Positions 24,772 through 45,623 of a DNA stretch of 64,000 nt are shown piece by piece. Numbering within the stretch: the first letter of the stretch is position 1; every line of letters begins with the position of its first letter. The position numbers and the translations under genes were made by a program. The stretch covers positions 2,356,001 through 2,420,000 of the forward strand of contig JAYWIR010000019.1 in NCBI GenBank assembly GCA_036172245.1, written 5' to 3'. This stretch comes from Raillietiella orientalis. Lineage: Eukaryota. The notes under the pieces were generated by a model. That model was not told the DNA's origin. It was given only the letters and a program-made list of their open reading frames with translations, and did not search any database.

Positions 24772-27700
24772 TTATTTGATAGTTGCCAGGGCAGCTGCAC
24801 GTTTATCAGTGTTCTGGAATAGTGCCCTAATCAAATGTTTGACTTCCTCAGCCCTGTAGTACTGGCAGAGAGGTTCTTCATCTCCAGTCCAACAGTCCAC
24901 TATGTCTGCTAAGCTGGCATCAAGGATCCATTGTAGTTTTCTGAACCGCTGCCACAAGGGAACATACATGGAAGGGGAATGCATGTCAAATTCTGAACTA
25001 TTTTTGAAAGATGGACTTAAGATTTCTTGTCCTTCCTTAAGAACACCATCAAAAATGCAAACAAGAACAGTAGCACTTTTAGCAGGGATATCTTCCAGTT
25101 GCAAAATATGCACACAGATTTGTTGCAGTAGCACATTAAAGATCTCTCCTAATTTCATAAATACTAAACAGATTTGCTACCTCCATATCCTACCTATAGT
25201 TTTAAGGAAATAATTAATTGGGAGTACGTCAAACCATGCTTCTCTTATGTGCCTTAAATGTTTTACGCAGTTATCAATAGCTGTTTTATATATCAGTAAG
25301 GAATCCTGGTCACTGATTAGCTCATGTATACCTATGTTACATATTTATTTTGACATACTCAGCAACAGTACTTACGTCTGGGGAAATGAAAGTGTGATTG
25401 CATAATTTCTGTTTGGTGTTGAACCTGGGAATGCAATTGTTTACATGCCAAGTGACGAAGACCATAAATTTTATCAGCAAAAGAAATAGGATGACCAGGT
25501 AGTGGCATATGTTGATATTTATGTCCCAAAGTAATGCACTGATGAGCCAAAAACTGCAAACTATTATGCAGTATTGCTATTCAAATTGATTACAATTCCT
25601 AGCAGATATGCAATTTACCAGTCTCAAAAAGGCTGCTTTGATGATGCACATGACTTACAACTTCTTGATACAAGTCAATCACATCACGACATGAGTGATA
25701 TAAATGACCAGCTAATATGGCATCACTATCTACAGCTTGTTGCATTGTATTATTTAATAACTCAAGAATCATCGTCACCCCTTTGCTGCCAAAATTCAGC
25801 TTGCAAATGAAGCAATTTGTTACCTTACCTTATCTGACAACAAGGAAACCTAATAATTTCAGCTGGTAAATCAATGTGAAACAGATCTATTTTCTGTTGA
25901 GGCAGTTTCTTTAATAAATCATCAATTAAATCTTGTGAAACAACAGTATCACTCCAGACTGTGTCTTGCAGGGGATGAAGCATAAACTGCCTAGCATTAT
26001 TCAATAGTTGTTGACACACCTTGATGATAAAGTGATCATCAATTTTATTTAATATGTTGATGATGCAGCCTTTCTGTTGTAGAAAACCTGCAGGATACTT
26101 ATTTTATTTAATGTAAGTACAAATGTTACCAATTTCTTGTAACGTGCTTTCCAGTTTTTGTAATTGCTTCATTTCTTCTTTATATGCATTTAACAAGTGT
26201 GCATCTGTAGGAATTGTCTGATATACTAGCACTTCTTCTAAAGACCGTAAAAACTGTGCTGCAAATAATTCACTAAATAAATCCATTAAAGTTGAATTAT
26301 TATTTTTGGTGTGCTGTTGATTTAGTAGCCATTTATTTAAAAAAATGAATGTAGTTGACAGATGATTGATGATTTCAGATAAATTTTCAGCACTTTCACA
26401 GTGGCCTAAGTATAAGGAATTCATTTCCGGTTCTTCACTATCCCAAACTCTGCCATGTGTTTTCAGAATTGGTGTAACTATTTTTTCCATTAACAACTGG
26501 CCAACTGTTTGTAATTTGCCAGGTAAAATACCAGTCACCCACATAGCATGCAACATAGAAGGTACATGCAATTTTATTTTTAGGATATGAATGCAAGGAG
26601 TCTCCTGTGTGAAATCAAGTTGTATGAGATCATTCCATTTTTTGTACAGAATGCTCAGTAACACAGCTTTACGCTGCAGAATTACTCTGTCTAGTGCATG
26701 CAGCAACTGTGTTTCCAGTTTGTGTTCCTTCAGAGTACTTGTGGTGTTTTCATAAGTCTGAAGAGCTTCAGCTGCAGTTGCAAGAGAGCTATCATCCATT
26801 TCTTCATCTAATGTTTGCAAAGCTTGATAAACTTTGTGAAGTAAAGATACTGCTTCTGCACATGCTGTTGTTTCTTCATACTTATTTTGTAGTTCTTTCA
26901 GCTCAGTGTTGTTTTGTTGTAATTGATGCAGAATCTGTAGAATATAAACACTTTAAGCAAAACTCGATTTTTAGCTAACCTCAACAGGGAGTTTCATCCT
27001 TAAAGCATCTAACTTGTTTAGAATACTTTCTGTGTCTAAAAGCAGATTACATGACATTTGCAAATGGGGCATAAATATTGCATACTGGTCTTCCAGCTTG
27101 CAAATAATATTTTGTTTGACTTCATGAATTTGTTGGTGCAAATGATTAATGGCTATATGCAAATTATTGGCTTGCAGTTCACCTGAAAGGATTTTTATTT
27201 GTTAATGTAAGCATTTTTCATCCAGTACACAGCATTTACAATTTGAAGTGAATTTTACTCTAAATCTTAAATGTTCATGAGAATGTAACAAGGACAACAA
27301 CAGTATAAAGGCTGTCAAGTTTTTCAAATTCTTTATCAACGGTTTTTCATTTTAATCAAAAAATGAGAAATTTGAGCACTATAATCAACACTATTAATTT
27401 TGAAAGTCTAAACGCTGAATACTGGTGCAGTCTGGGTAAGCAATAGGATTGTAAGGAGACCTTTGAAAGGAATAGTGCATAGTGAATCCATTAATTTGTG
27501 ATCAATCCTTTAAGTTTTGTCTTAAAAGTCATCTTAAGCAATCAGTGTGTTGTAGGCACTCAAAATTCATTTCTTGCAATGGATATTTTTTCAAATATTG
27601 CTTCATTGCAATAAAACAATCAAATATGAAGAAACTTAATGTATTGTTAGCAACAGTGAGTTTTATAATTGCCAGTGAAATACGCAATTCTAGTGTAGTA

Positions 27701-29266
27701 ATCCAAGTAACTTGCTCTGCAATTACAAGAAAGGCAAGTTTATGTTGATAGTTAACAAATTAACAAGCTAAACTTGGACACTTAGATGAGCTAACTGAAA
27801 ATTTGCAGCAACAGTCACTATGAGCAGACATTCTTCTGAAAATAAAACTGACTTGGTGTTCATGTAATAGTAACCATCCATTAGTTACTGGGAGTTCAGT
27901 GTTGTGGCAGAAAGATCAAAAAAGAGGATAAATGAAACTACCAAAAACAGACTAAGTATTTTTACTTAGCAACATAGAAAATCTGGAAAATTCTCTTACT
28001 GTATGAAAATTGCTGAAGTCACTGTTGTGTGATACACAGTGCTAACATGCTGTTAAATGAAAATAAAGATATTTTGAAAAGTGATGCATACACAGGATGA
28101 GGTATGTTTGATGGTATAGCACTGTAGTATGGCAGTAGTAGTCCAATGAAAATTCAACTTGTAAAGTAAATACTACAAAACTGCACCATTTGTTTCTAAA
28201 GCTATATGAGTAATTTATAAATATGGTACATTCAGTGGTGATGAAAAATACTAGTGTGCTTTGACTTGGGGGCTGCAATGTTTGTAGGTTAAAGATCAAA
28301 ATCAGTTCATCTCAAAGTACCTACTAACAGAGACAAAGAATATCTGGGAAAACATCAAATGTACCATACACTAGTGTGAGATGGTAGGCAATTTTTTTTA
28401 TATATGTATGGTATAACAGTGGAAATGAAAGAGTTTGCCTAATTGCCTAGGGTTTGCATAATACAACCAGAGACCCATCGGCAAACCATAAAAAATACTG
28501 TATAAAAACGCATAAAAATTCAATGTGCATAAAAAGTGCATGTTAAACATCATAAAATAGTGCAGAAATTCTACTCTATATTTGATTGCAACACACTAAA
28601 CAGAATCCAATTACTTGTGATTAAATTTACAAAATGTAACCACTATTTAGTGAGGATTTTCTCCAAATGGCAAAGAGAATTACATTGTTTTCGCAAAGTT
28701 ATGCAGAAAAACTGGAAGAAAATCACAACAAATCTTGGAAATGGGGATTCAAGGCAAATAGATAATCAGTGCAAGCTGATACACTATGCTTCCAGGCAAC
28801 TGAAATATAAAATCTTTTCTGTTTTATAAGTACTCTAGTACCTATTTCTAAAGAATGTTAGTAGACTGTGGAATTCAAGAAAATTTTTCGATTTTCCTAT
28901 AGGAATAATACAGGAACAGGATTACATTATATTACGTACGTTTCAATGATGAGAAAATAAGATCTTAGAAAAACAAATTAACCCGTAGCTTTAATCCTCA
29001 AAGACAAAATCACGATAGCACACTAATGACACGGAAATGTTTAAGAAATCAAGTGTTGCAAACAGTACAAGATTCCACAAATGAGAAAACTTTCTCAACA
29101 CCATGCCGGAGCACCATTTTTATGCAATGGTTTCTCCGGCTATATTCACGTATGAAAACAGTACTCAATACGCCATCACATACATTGAAATTTTTTGAAG
29201 TAATTTGATGCTGTAATTTTTTTTACCTGCTGTGCATAAAGCCTCGTAAACTATATTCTTTTCCAT
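24772..29266 (-). CDS. ZW10: Centromere/kinetochore protein ZW10 homolog, multi-exon
   Basis: First exon MEKNIVYEALCTA(G) 29266-29227, spliced to GELQANNLHIAI at 27182. Internal FPCCQIS and AILHNSLQFLAH; C-terminus WQRFRKLQWILDASLADIVDCW..EEVKHLIRALFQNTDKRAAALATIK is diagnostic. Confidence 0.93.
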
Positions 29267-32230
29267 TCGGGGATTCCGGCTTGCTTTCTGTACGATATGC
29301 CTACACTACGCACGGAACGTGCACGCGAAACCAAAACGGCTAAGCATGGCAGTGCAGCATAAAGATTGGAATAAAATTTTCCCCCTATTCTTTTACGTTC
29401 ACGGAACATGCAGTTCAGGCATCAAAAGCATCGTTACAACACTTTGCTGTTGTCAGGGATCGTTCACTGAGCTCATTACATTTCCGTTTTTAACAAACTT
29501 TGCGCTAAGTCTTTACTTCGTAAGTACTTAATAGTTTAAGTGTATCCAGTTTGGTACACAAGAACTCGAAGCCTTGGAAAACTCAGTGTGCCATAATTTT
29601 AAACATAAACAAACACGGATTGACCTCTAAACACTTTTCTTAAGTGAATAAGTAAATGAATTAATTATTTGAAGTACAAAACAAATAAAGCACCATCGTA
29701 GAGTATTTAATAAGATATGATGATGACTGTGCAATACAACTCTTGCCCCCAAATATAAGAGAGTAAACAGGTATATTATTATTATTAAGTTCCTAGGGGT
29801 TCCAGTTTAAAGTTTAGAGAGTAATAGCTCTTATATTACCAGGAATTCAAATTATATTTACTGTTATCACAGATGTTATAAACTACAGTTTATTAGTGAT
29901 ACGAATAATTCTTCTCAGGAAATTCACCTCAAATTCAAAAACAAATGAAATAAGTATGGATGAGAATAAATCTGGTACTAAGGTACCTTGTCGAGAGACA
30001 ATTGCTTATATTACTAATAATTAAAGGAAACAGCAAAACGAAACTTTTTATGGAAAAATTGGAACAGTGTACAATGGGGGAGGTATGGCATGGAAACTCA
30101 GTGACTCCAGTTTACGCAAAATGCTGAAAACCGGAAGTCATAGCCTTCTTTCATTTCCTCGGAATAGAAAAAAAATTGCTGCATCTAAAACATGCTCTAA
30201 GTGATAAATTCAAAGAAAGATACTCCTATTTCTAAACTTCGAAAATTTGATTGTAGCCAGTTGCTTTCAATTATCGTAACAAAATGAATGCAAACTTGAT
30301 AACTTATAAGAAATAAGAAAAAAACCCACCCATTAGTTAAAATATTTGAATTCTATCCACAAAGGAAGAATCAGAAAAGACCAGAAAATTAAAATATCAA
30401 CCTGAAATTAACTTTAAATGCTACATGGACGCTCCTAAAATCGAATATTCATTCATGAGCTCATTCTGGTAGTAAAGACATGACAGTAGACGTGAAGAAT
30501 GCTTTCTGAAAGCTAGGAACTCGTATATTAACATGTCTTTTTGGTATTAGGGGAGCACTGATAAGCTTTAGTATAGGAATTATCTACAACACATCTGTCT
30601 ATGAGGGCTGGATTTTTATATCATGCATCAGCCAAGGTTTTATATCCTGCACTGGATTTGCGTGATTACGTACATCCTGATAGTGGCGATGGCTCGTAAA
30701 TTTTGCATTTAAGAAAAGAAAATTCGAAATCACTTTGCATAAAAATGAAGTTTTAATCGCATTTTTGGAAAGCTAACTTAGAAAATCACCTATTTTGAAA
30801 ACTGAGTTTAATCTGAAATCTATAAATCAACTCTGGGAAGAGACTATTAATTTCAGTTCAAAAGCAGAATAGCCATCACAAATAAAAACAACAACAATGT
30901 ATTGCCCTTTATTTTTCTAGTGATTCATAATGCAAAATGGATATCCCAATTAGCATTGATGGATGCCTTAATTATGGATATGAGAAAGTTTCAGTCTCAA
31001 CATCGAACTCTATGGTTTTACTTGCGGCAGTATTCGATTTTCATTCAGATGCTGAAACATTGAATATTTAGCCATATCACATGAATCTTGCTCCAAGTTC
31101 CTTCAATTATTTAATAGTATTAGCTTAGATTGGATGACAAAATGCAACCCTAAGTAAAAAAGTATGCACGTTGCGTGAGCTGAATTATGCAATATAGTCA
31201 GATAACAAAATTCTTGATTAAAAGTAACCTTAGACTGCTAACCGTTACATCGAGCATCCAGAATTAGTGTCCATAATGAATAATTTAATAGAGTGAATTT
31301 AATAATTGATTCAATAATTTAATGATTGAATAATCGAATGTTATCAATTCGAGGTACAAAATACAATTCAAGATAATTTTGCGAGCAATTCTGTGATGAA
31401 TTCATTTACTAGCAGGGGTATTCCACAGGAGTAGATCATATGATTTTATGAAATTTTAATTTATGACTTTCGTCGTAATTTTCAGGTTAATTTGAAAATC
31501 GTGAGCACAATTAAATCGTGATGTACACTCATAATTAATGCAAGATCGTGACGTATAAGGGTCTCAATGTTCCTGCTTTTATGTATTTATTGGAATTACG
31601 TGATTGCAAGTTTGATCTGTAATTTACAGGAATCATCATGGTTAAAAAATGCTGGACATGTTCATCAATTTCTACTCAAGTAGTGCTTTGTCTATCCCAG
31701 TAACAGCAAAGCCCGGAGCCAGGTTGATTTTCCAGTTTGGCTTTGTAATTAAGATGTAGGTATGTTTTTCCAATTGCTATTACATGCTACTTCTGATTGA
31801 AAATCCTTGTGCTGGGCTGCCGGTCTCGATTCGTGTTGTGGGTGCTCTGCTGGCTTATGTCAAATTTGCAGCGCATTACAAATGAAAAAATACAAGAAAA
31901 TGACTTGTTTTGCTAACGTTGCATTATGTTAGCGTGGACCATAAGGACTGCTTGCGTGCTGAGCTAGTTTCTGTAGTAAATCATGAGAGCAGATAATTAT
32001 TGGAAATGAACTTGTAAGAGTATTGCAGTCGAATTGTACAAAATATGTGCACTACCATAAGTCTCTAATTTCATTTTGATGTGTTCGATACAGTTAAGAT
32101 TTGGGGCAAACTTTCCCCAAAGTTAAAGTTTTCCCTGATACTCTTGATGGTGACATGGTACTCAGAACTGCTTCACCATAATTGTAGGCGAAAGAATATT
32201 CTGATAGTTGTATTTATCAAACTATGACAG

Positions 32231-33567
32231 ATGGGTGTTTGTAAGTGCTCCTTAAAAAAGGTTACGAATCAGTTTTGTTTTGAGCATCGAGTAAACGTTT
32301 GTGAACATTGCATGGTTGCAAATCATCCAAATGTAAGTTTTCTTTGAAAGTTTTTACATTTAATGAAAGTTTTGTAGTGTATAATACATTCATATTGCTC
32401 ATGGTTGAAGGACTGTGATTATAAATCGATATGTACCTTATGTAATAAAGATCTTTCTACTGGAGAGTGTGTGCGGCTTATTTGTTATGGTAAGTTAAGA
32501 GAAATGAATTTAGTAGTTACATTATATAGACCTTTTTCATTGGAAATGTTTGGATAAATATGCAAAAAACCTTCCATCAACTACTGCTCCTGCTGGATAT
32601 GTTTGTCCGATTTGCAGTAAAAAAATTTTTTGTGATAGCAATTTAGTGTCACCAGTAGCAGATGCATTGAAACAGTTTCTTAGCAGAGCAAACTGGGCAA
32701 GAACAGGACTTGGATTACCCCTGGTATGGGTGTAGATTGTCTCAGGAAATAAGCTCTAAATAACTGATATTTTAAGTTAGATGATGAGAATCCTTCAGAT
32801 GTAGAAAGATGTGAGGAAAGCAAGTGTGTTCGCTTTAAGACTCCAAAAACTGATATAGATACTTTTACATCTGAAGATCCTTTTGAAAACTGTTTTGAGA
32901 ATCAAGGTCTTCATGATACAGTTCCTATAGGATGCATAAAAGATTCTTTTCCAGGTATTTCTATGAAGTTTTTCCTCATAATCGTGAAACATTCCACAGA
33001 ATTAATTCTTTGAAATAATCTTGTTTTGCTGAAACTGCAATGCACTAAGACATACCTCATCATGATTGTAAATAAATAGATATTGGTCATATAAATATTT
33101 TTTTATTTTTGTGTGTAATACACAAAAATGAAACTGATTTATTCTAAAAGAAGTTACACATTTTTATGTATTAGCTGCATCATCAAGAAAAGTATTAGGT
33201 GCACAAGAGAGTACAAAATGCCTTCGGTTATCGCTTCAGTTACATTTAGATCATGATGAACACAAATACAGAAGAAGACCAACTTTTGGCTGGTTGCGAC
33301 AACAGTGGAGGTATGTAATTTACAGCAATGAATAACTAATTGTTGTTTTCTTCCTTCTGATTATTACAATTTTCCAGAAATCGAAATTGGCAACCAAGCA
33401 GTTTTGCAAGGAGTCCCATATGCAAAAAATACATAATCTTAATGGTTATTGTTTTGGGATTTTTAACAATAACAATTTTGTTTTATACCCAGATGTATTC
33501 CAGTGAAGCATTTGATAATATTTTTGACCCGTACTTCAATCCACATATCAATGTAGAAAAGTCATAA
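32231..33567 (+). CDS. ZFPL1: Zinc finger protein-like 1 (cis-Golgi protein), 6 exons
   Basis: [101 protein letters not shown]-terminal hydrophobic segment and [11 protein letters not shown]; stop TAA 33565-33567. Confidence 0.95.
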
Positions 33568-35932
33568 TGTGGTTTTCCAACATGCAGCATAATTTGAATA
33601 AGTTGTTTGAGTCGAAAGTTATGTTAAGCGACAGTTATATTTGCAAAATAAATATTTAAAAAAATGTTACTGTTTTTTGATGTATGAAATTAAGGATGGA
33701 AAGATGTTAATTTTGAAGCTCTGTGGTTTCTAGACCATGTTACTCATAAGATAGTAAATACTGTTTCGTATTTCCATGTGAATCATTGCTTTTAAGACGA
33801 GTAATAGTCGCTAGTAGCCATGTAATATGTGCATTGGAATGGATCATGCCCGATTTCATTTCTTAAAGAGGGCAAAATTGCCCGACCAAAGGCCTGTTAA
33901 ATCTGAAGAATCATCATCAAGATCCAAATAAAAACAGCATGCAAGTGAATGATTATCCCGTTTATTTTCAATACACACTTATAACACGCATTATGTTAGT
34001 GGGGATCATCGAGACGGAATGCATGTGAAGCAAATTTCTGTACTCAATCATGAAAGCAAGTCATTATTGGAAATGGCATTATAGGAAAAGGCAATCGATG
34101 TAATGTAACATGATTAGCCACAAACCACATTTTTATTACTTTTGCAGATTTAAAAATGCTCTCGTTTGGAATTCATGAAACGCATTACATCCATGACAGG
34201 GCTCACCTATTAGTTGAGCTACACTTATTATATTTCAAATAACTTGGGCTGACCTTTATGAAACTTCAGAGTATTCATGCCTTCCTTTTTCGAGTCTGCA
34301 TTAGGTAACTTACATAAAACTGCTCGTATCATCTGCCGGTGTGTTTTATATAAAATTCAACTTAATTTGTTTAAGGAACTTTGAGAACACTGGCTAGACA
34401 TTTCCTAACTGGTACTGGTATCAGTAATAAATTTCATAATTCATATTATGGGTGCATGAAATAATTGCTGCGACCTAGTTCTTGAATGCCGGAAAACATT
34501 CCATGCAGTTTTAGCCATATGCCAGGAATCCATTTCACATTTAGCTTCTCGTGACGAATCAGCTTAGTATGTTTTTGTTTCTTTTCTGAACACTGAATTT
34601 TTGGTAACATCCCTCATGGTTTTTTTTAGAGTTCATTCTGAACGTTACCTTATTAATTTTAGAGTCATCGCTTAGTATTTTTAAAACTACGTCTCAAGAA
34701 AACTGTTACATAATGTACGGAATCGATGAAACTTAATTTTAGTCTCTAAAACATTTCGAGAAACGTTTTGCATGACATCATTTGTCACATTTAGAGTAGG
34801 ATATTATTCCATGGAGTCATAAATCAATCATTAATTTTTTAATTGATACTACTATCAATTAGAAAATGTCCAGCCAGTATTCTCAACAATCCTTGTACCA
34901 AATTGGAGCGGGCAAAGTTTATTTTCTTTGGCTGGAAAAATCCCTCCTTAAACTCTACCGCATGTTTTGGTTTTCCAATGCAATAAATGGAACAGTACAT
35001 TGGTTGCCTCGTACAGCTGGTTCTTGAGGTAGAAACCCTGGCATCAGTCACTTGAAATTTCTTTCATAAAAAACGCAATCTTGAGGGATCGGGCCGTTTC
35101 CAAAAGCCCCAGGTTGTTGATGTGCGTCGAGTACCCCTCGAAACATCACAATGTCGTCTGTTGAATATGTGAAGCAAAAGAGAAAAGAGGCAAAGAGGAA
35201 TGACTCAGAGAAACGATGCCAAGATCTGTTCCTGGCGTTCCGTCTGACTGCAAAGAACTACAGGAGCTCACATTTTCATGCCACAGCAAATACAGGAAGA
35301 CGAATGCTGGACTTGGAGCCGTTTTCAACGTCTTCGAAGGAGCATACTCGAGATGCTAGAAAATGCATGTACGTTTGGATGTTGTGGCTCGTGGAAGGAG
35401 ACGCCGGCAGGATCCTCCGAAACCGTTCGGTAGTCGCAGGCGCACCTCTGATGTGGCTCTTGGATCTGTTGATTTTGTGGATGATGGCTGGAGCATCAAC
35501 GGGCTGGCACTCAACGTAGAAAAGAAATTTCCGTAACATGAGCAGGATTTGAAGAGCAGCTGTCGTGAGCACGCTACGTTTTGTGCAGGGGTTGGATTTC
35601 GCGTGGGGTGGTGGTTGCTTTCCTCCTCCCTTGACCAAAGGGTGCCGGGGACGACGTTACCCGGTGTCCCCCATGGGCAAATTGTTGTGCAAGAAACTGG
35701 CAGTGGGAGCTAATCCATATAAATTTTTTTCCCTTAATTTTGCATGTGTGCGGTGTTTCAAAAAGTAGCGCGAAAATTGTTTCATGCAGACCGAATTCTG
35801 TAAGAAATGTATTCTCATCTCTTTTGTTGACAGAGCATCGAGCGTTAACAGCAATGTACTGAAGTTACCTGCCAAAGGCAGTGTATTTTTCAGCAGCAAA
35901 ACTGTGAAGATCAATTCCCCAAGTTTTGTGTA

Positions 35933-38378
35933 ATGTCGGAATTATGGATTTTGATGACTTTTGTTTTCTTCATGTTTATAAGCTGCTATTTCACTGGTTC
36001 GCTACCTTTAATCTTGTCGTTTTCAGAGGTAAAGTTTCAATTTATTTTTTAAAATGAATGATATAATTATTAAATAATGTCATTTTGTTTTATTAATCGT
36101 AGAATAAAGTAAATTACTTGAGTTTGTTTGGATGTGGTTTATTGGTTGGGACTGCATTGTGTGTCATTATACCTGAAGGAATTCAGTTGTTTTATAAAAA
36201 TGGGACAGGTATTTGTGTTTCAAAAGATTTCAAAATTGTAATATTGAATGTTGACATTGACAAGCATAGATGCAGAGATAGTTGCTGCTTCTGCAGTTGT
36301 ACATGGTCTGGATAATCATTCATGGATTGGATTTTCACTGATAATGGGATTTCTATGCATGCTATTAATAGATCACTTCATTTCACTTAGAGCATCAGTA
36401 AATGGTAAAATTTATATTTGAAGCATTTTTTGCATATTTTCTGAAAAACAAATCTTAAAACCTATCTTACCACCCAAATGTATGCAAAAACAGTAATCTA
36501 CAATTAATGTCAATGAACAGTCAGTTAGCACAAAATATTTAAATGAATGCTGAAAACCTATTTTTTCAAGGTTTGCATTCACTAAATACAATTGCGTAGT
36601 CAAATTTGTCCATTCTAAGAAAAGCTGTTACCCAATGTGTTGGGTGTGCATACAATATAAATATGTAAGCAAGCATGAGATAACAGAATGAATATGATCA
36701 AATAGTTACTGTACAGTAATTTGGGTTATATGCCATAGTGTTTGCTGAGATTATTAAGGGTGCAATGATCTTAAACAAAGTTCTGATCTTGATTTAGTCA
36801 TTTAATGCCATGTTTTCCAATAGATTCAGAAGGAATAATTACAGTTAATGAAAGCAAAGATGTGGTGATCACACTGGGTCTTATCATGCATGCAGCAGGT
36901 AAAAACTAATATTTATGATTTATTAAATAATAATGATGTCATCAAAACAACCAACGTTAAATAAAATTACTGGAAACATTTTTACCGATTTTAACAGAAA
37001 CCTATTATTTGCTAATTTCTGATATTAGCAAGTTAATATGTGAACAATGCAGAAACTTCTGTTTGGTTTCTAAGATAGGCATTAGTCACTTGAATCATAA
37101 TAGGGGTTGTGTGATATTATATTTAAAAATCCGTTAGATATGCAGTTTTCATAGATTTTTGATCAATGCCATTTTGGTAGTAGCCATAAATTTTAATCTT
37201 TAATTAAAGCAGGATTTTGATATCTTTATATTTGTATCAAGCTTTAATCAATTTTCAAGTACTTGGAGCTCAGTTTTATTAGAAAGATCGTGAGTTAATG
37301 TCAAGAACATCAAGGAAAGCATATAAAATACGTCAGTCAAAAACTTGTTCATTGCAATGGTGGTGTACCATTGTGCAAAAAGTGATTACAAGTTTGCATC
37401 ATCCTTTTTTTATTATTTATTGGAAAAGGGATGCAGATTGTTGCTATTTGTCTTTCAGCTGTAACATGCTTTCCTAATTTCTAGCTTTACTAAGATTAAA
37501 AGGATTGTGAAGGTGATTTTACATGGCAATTTTTTCGTGTGGATGTGAACATTACAAATATTAGTGATCACACTAGTCATATGAATTCCAAAAGTCAGTG
37601 GGCATAAAAAGATCACTTGAATGCACTTGTACATATTTGTGGATCAAATGCCTAGTTATCTGCATAATTTCAACTCCGTTGTGGGGGAAACAAATTTTGT
37701 GTTGCATGTTGAAGTAATAAATATTCGTATTGGTTTTGATATTTAAGGCATGTGGTTCTTTCCTCCTTTGCAAATGATGATGTCTTATTTCAGTGTACAT
37801 GATGTTTCATGATACTTCTTATTTGTTCATTATAATTTCAGCTGATGGTATTGCTTTAGGAGCTGCAATATCAACTGCACAAGTGAATGTAGAAATTGTG
37901 ATATTCTTGGCTATCATGTTACACAAGGCAAGGATGGGAAGATATAATTTATTTAAAATAATGTTTGTAACAGGCTCCAGCTGCATTTGGTTTGGTTGTT
38001 TTTCTATTACAGAAAGGAATTCCCAGGAGCAAAATAAGAAAACATTTATTATTCTTTTCTCTTTCTGCACCTGTATTAACACTAATAACATATATTATCA
38101 TTTATCAAGTAAACAGATATAACAGTACTTCGGAAAATTATACCAGTTTTCTGCAGTTTCAGAATTACCATTCCATTTTGCCATCTTCTAGCAGTGCTGG
38201 TATAGCAATGCTCTTCAGTGCTGGAACCTTTTTGTATGTTGCACTGCTTCATGTCTTACCAGAAACAGCTGGCATAGGGAAAACATCTGCACATAGCAGT
38301 CTACATACTTTAGAGTTGTGCTTGATAGTATGTGGTTGTCTGTTACCACTTTTTTTAACAGCTGGCCACAGGCACTGA
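35933..38378 (+). CDS. SLC39A9: Zinc transporter ZIP9 (SLC39A9), 7 exons including one GC-AG intron
   Basis: CYFTGSLPLILSFSE, FGCGLLVGTALCVIIPEGI, IGFSLIMGFLCMLLID, TLGLIMHAA|ADGIALGAA, IVIFLAIMLHK|APAAFGLVVFLL, AGIAMLFSAGTFLYVALLHVLPE, C-terminal GHRH. Confidence 0.95.
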
Positions 38379-38430
38379 CATCAGCTTGCTTGAATACACA
38401 TAATCTGGGAACAAGTCACTCTAGTGTTTG

Positions 38431-45623
<7,193 letters not shown>

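Noticed and set aside
34839..35914. GC-richer stretch with 120-aa ORFs on both strands upstream of ZIP9
   Set aside because: No known motif; could be a promoter or a transposon remnant, which cannot be decided from sequence alone.
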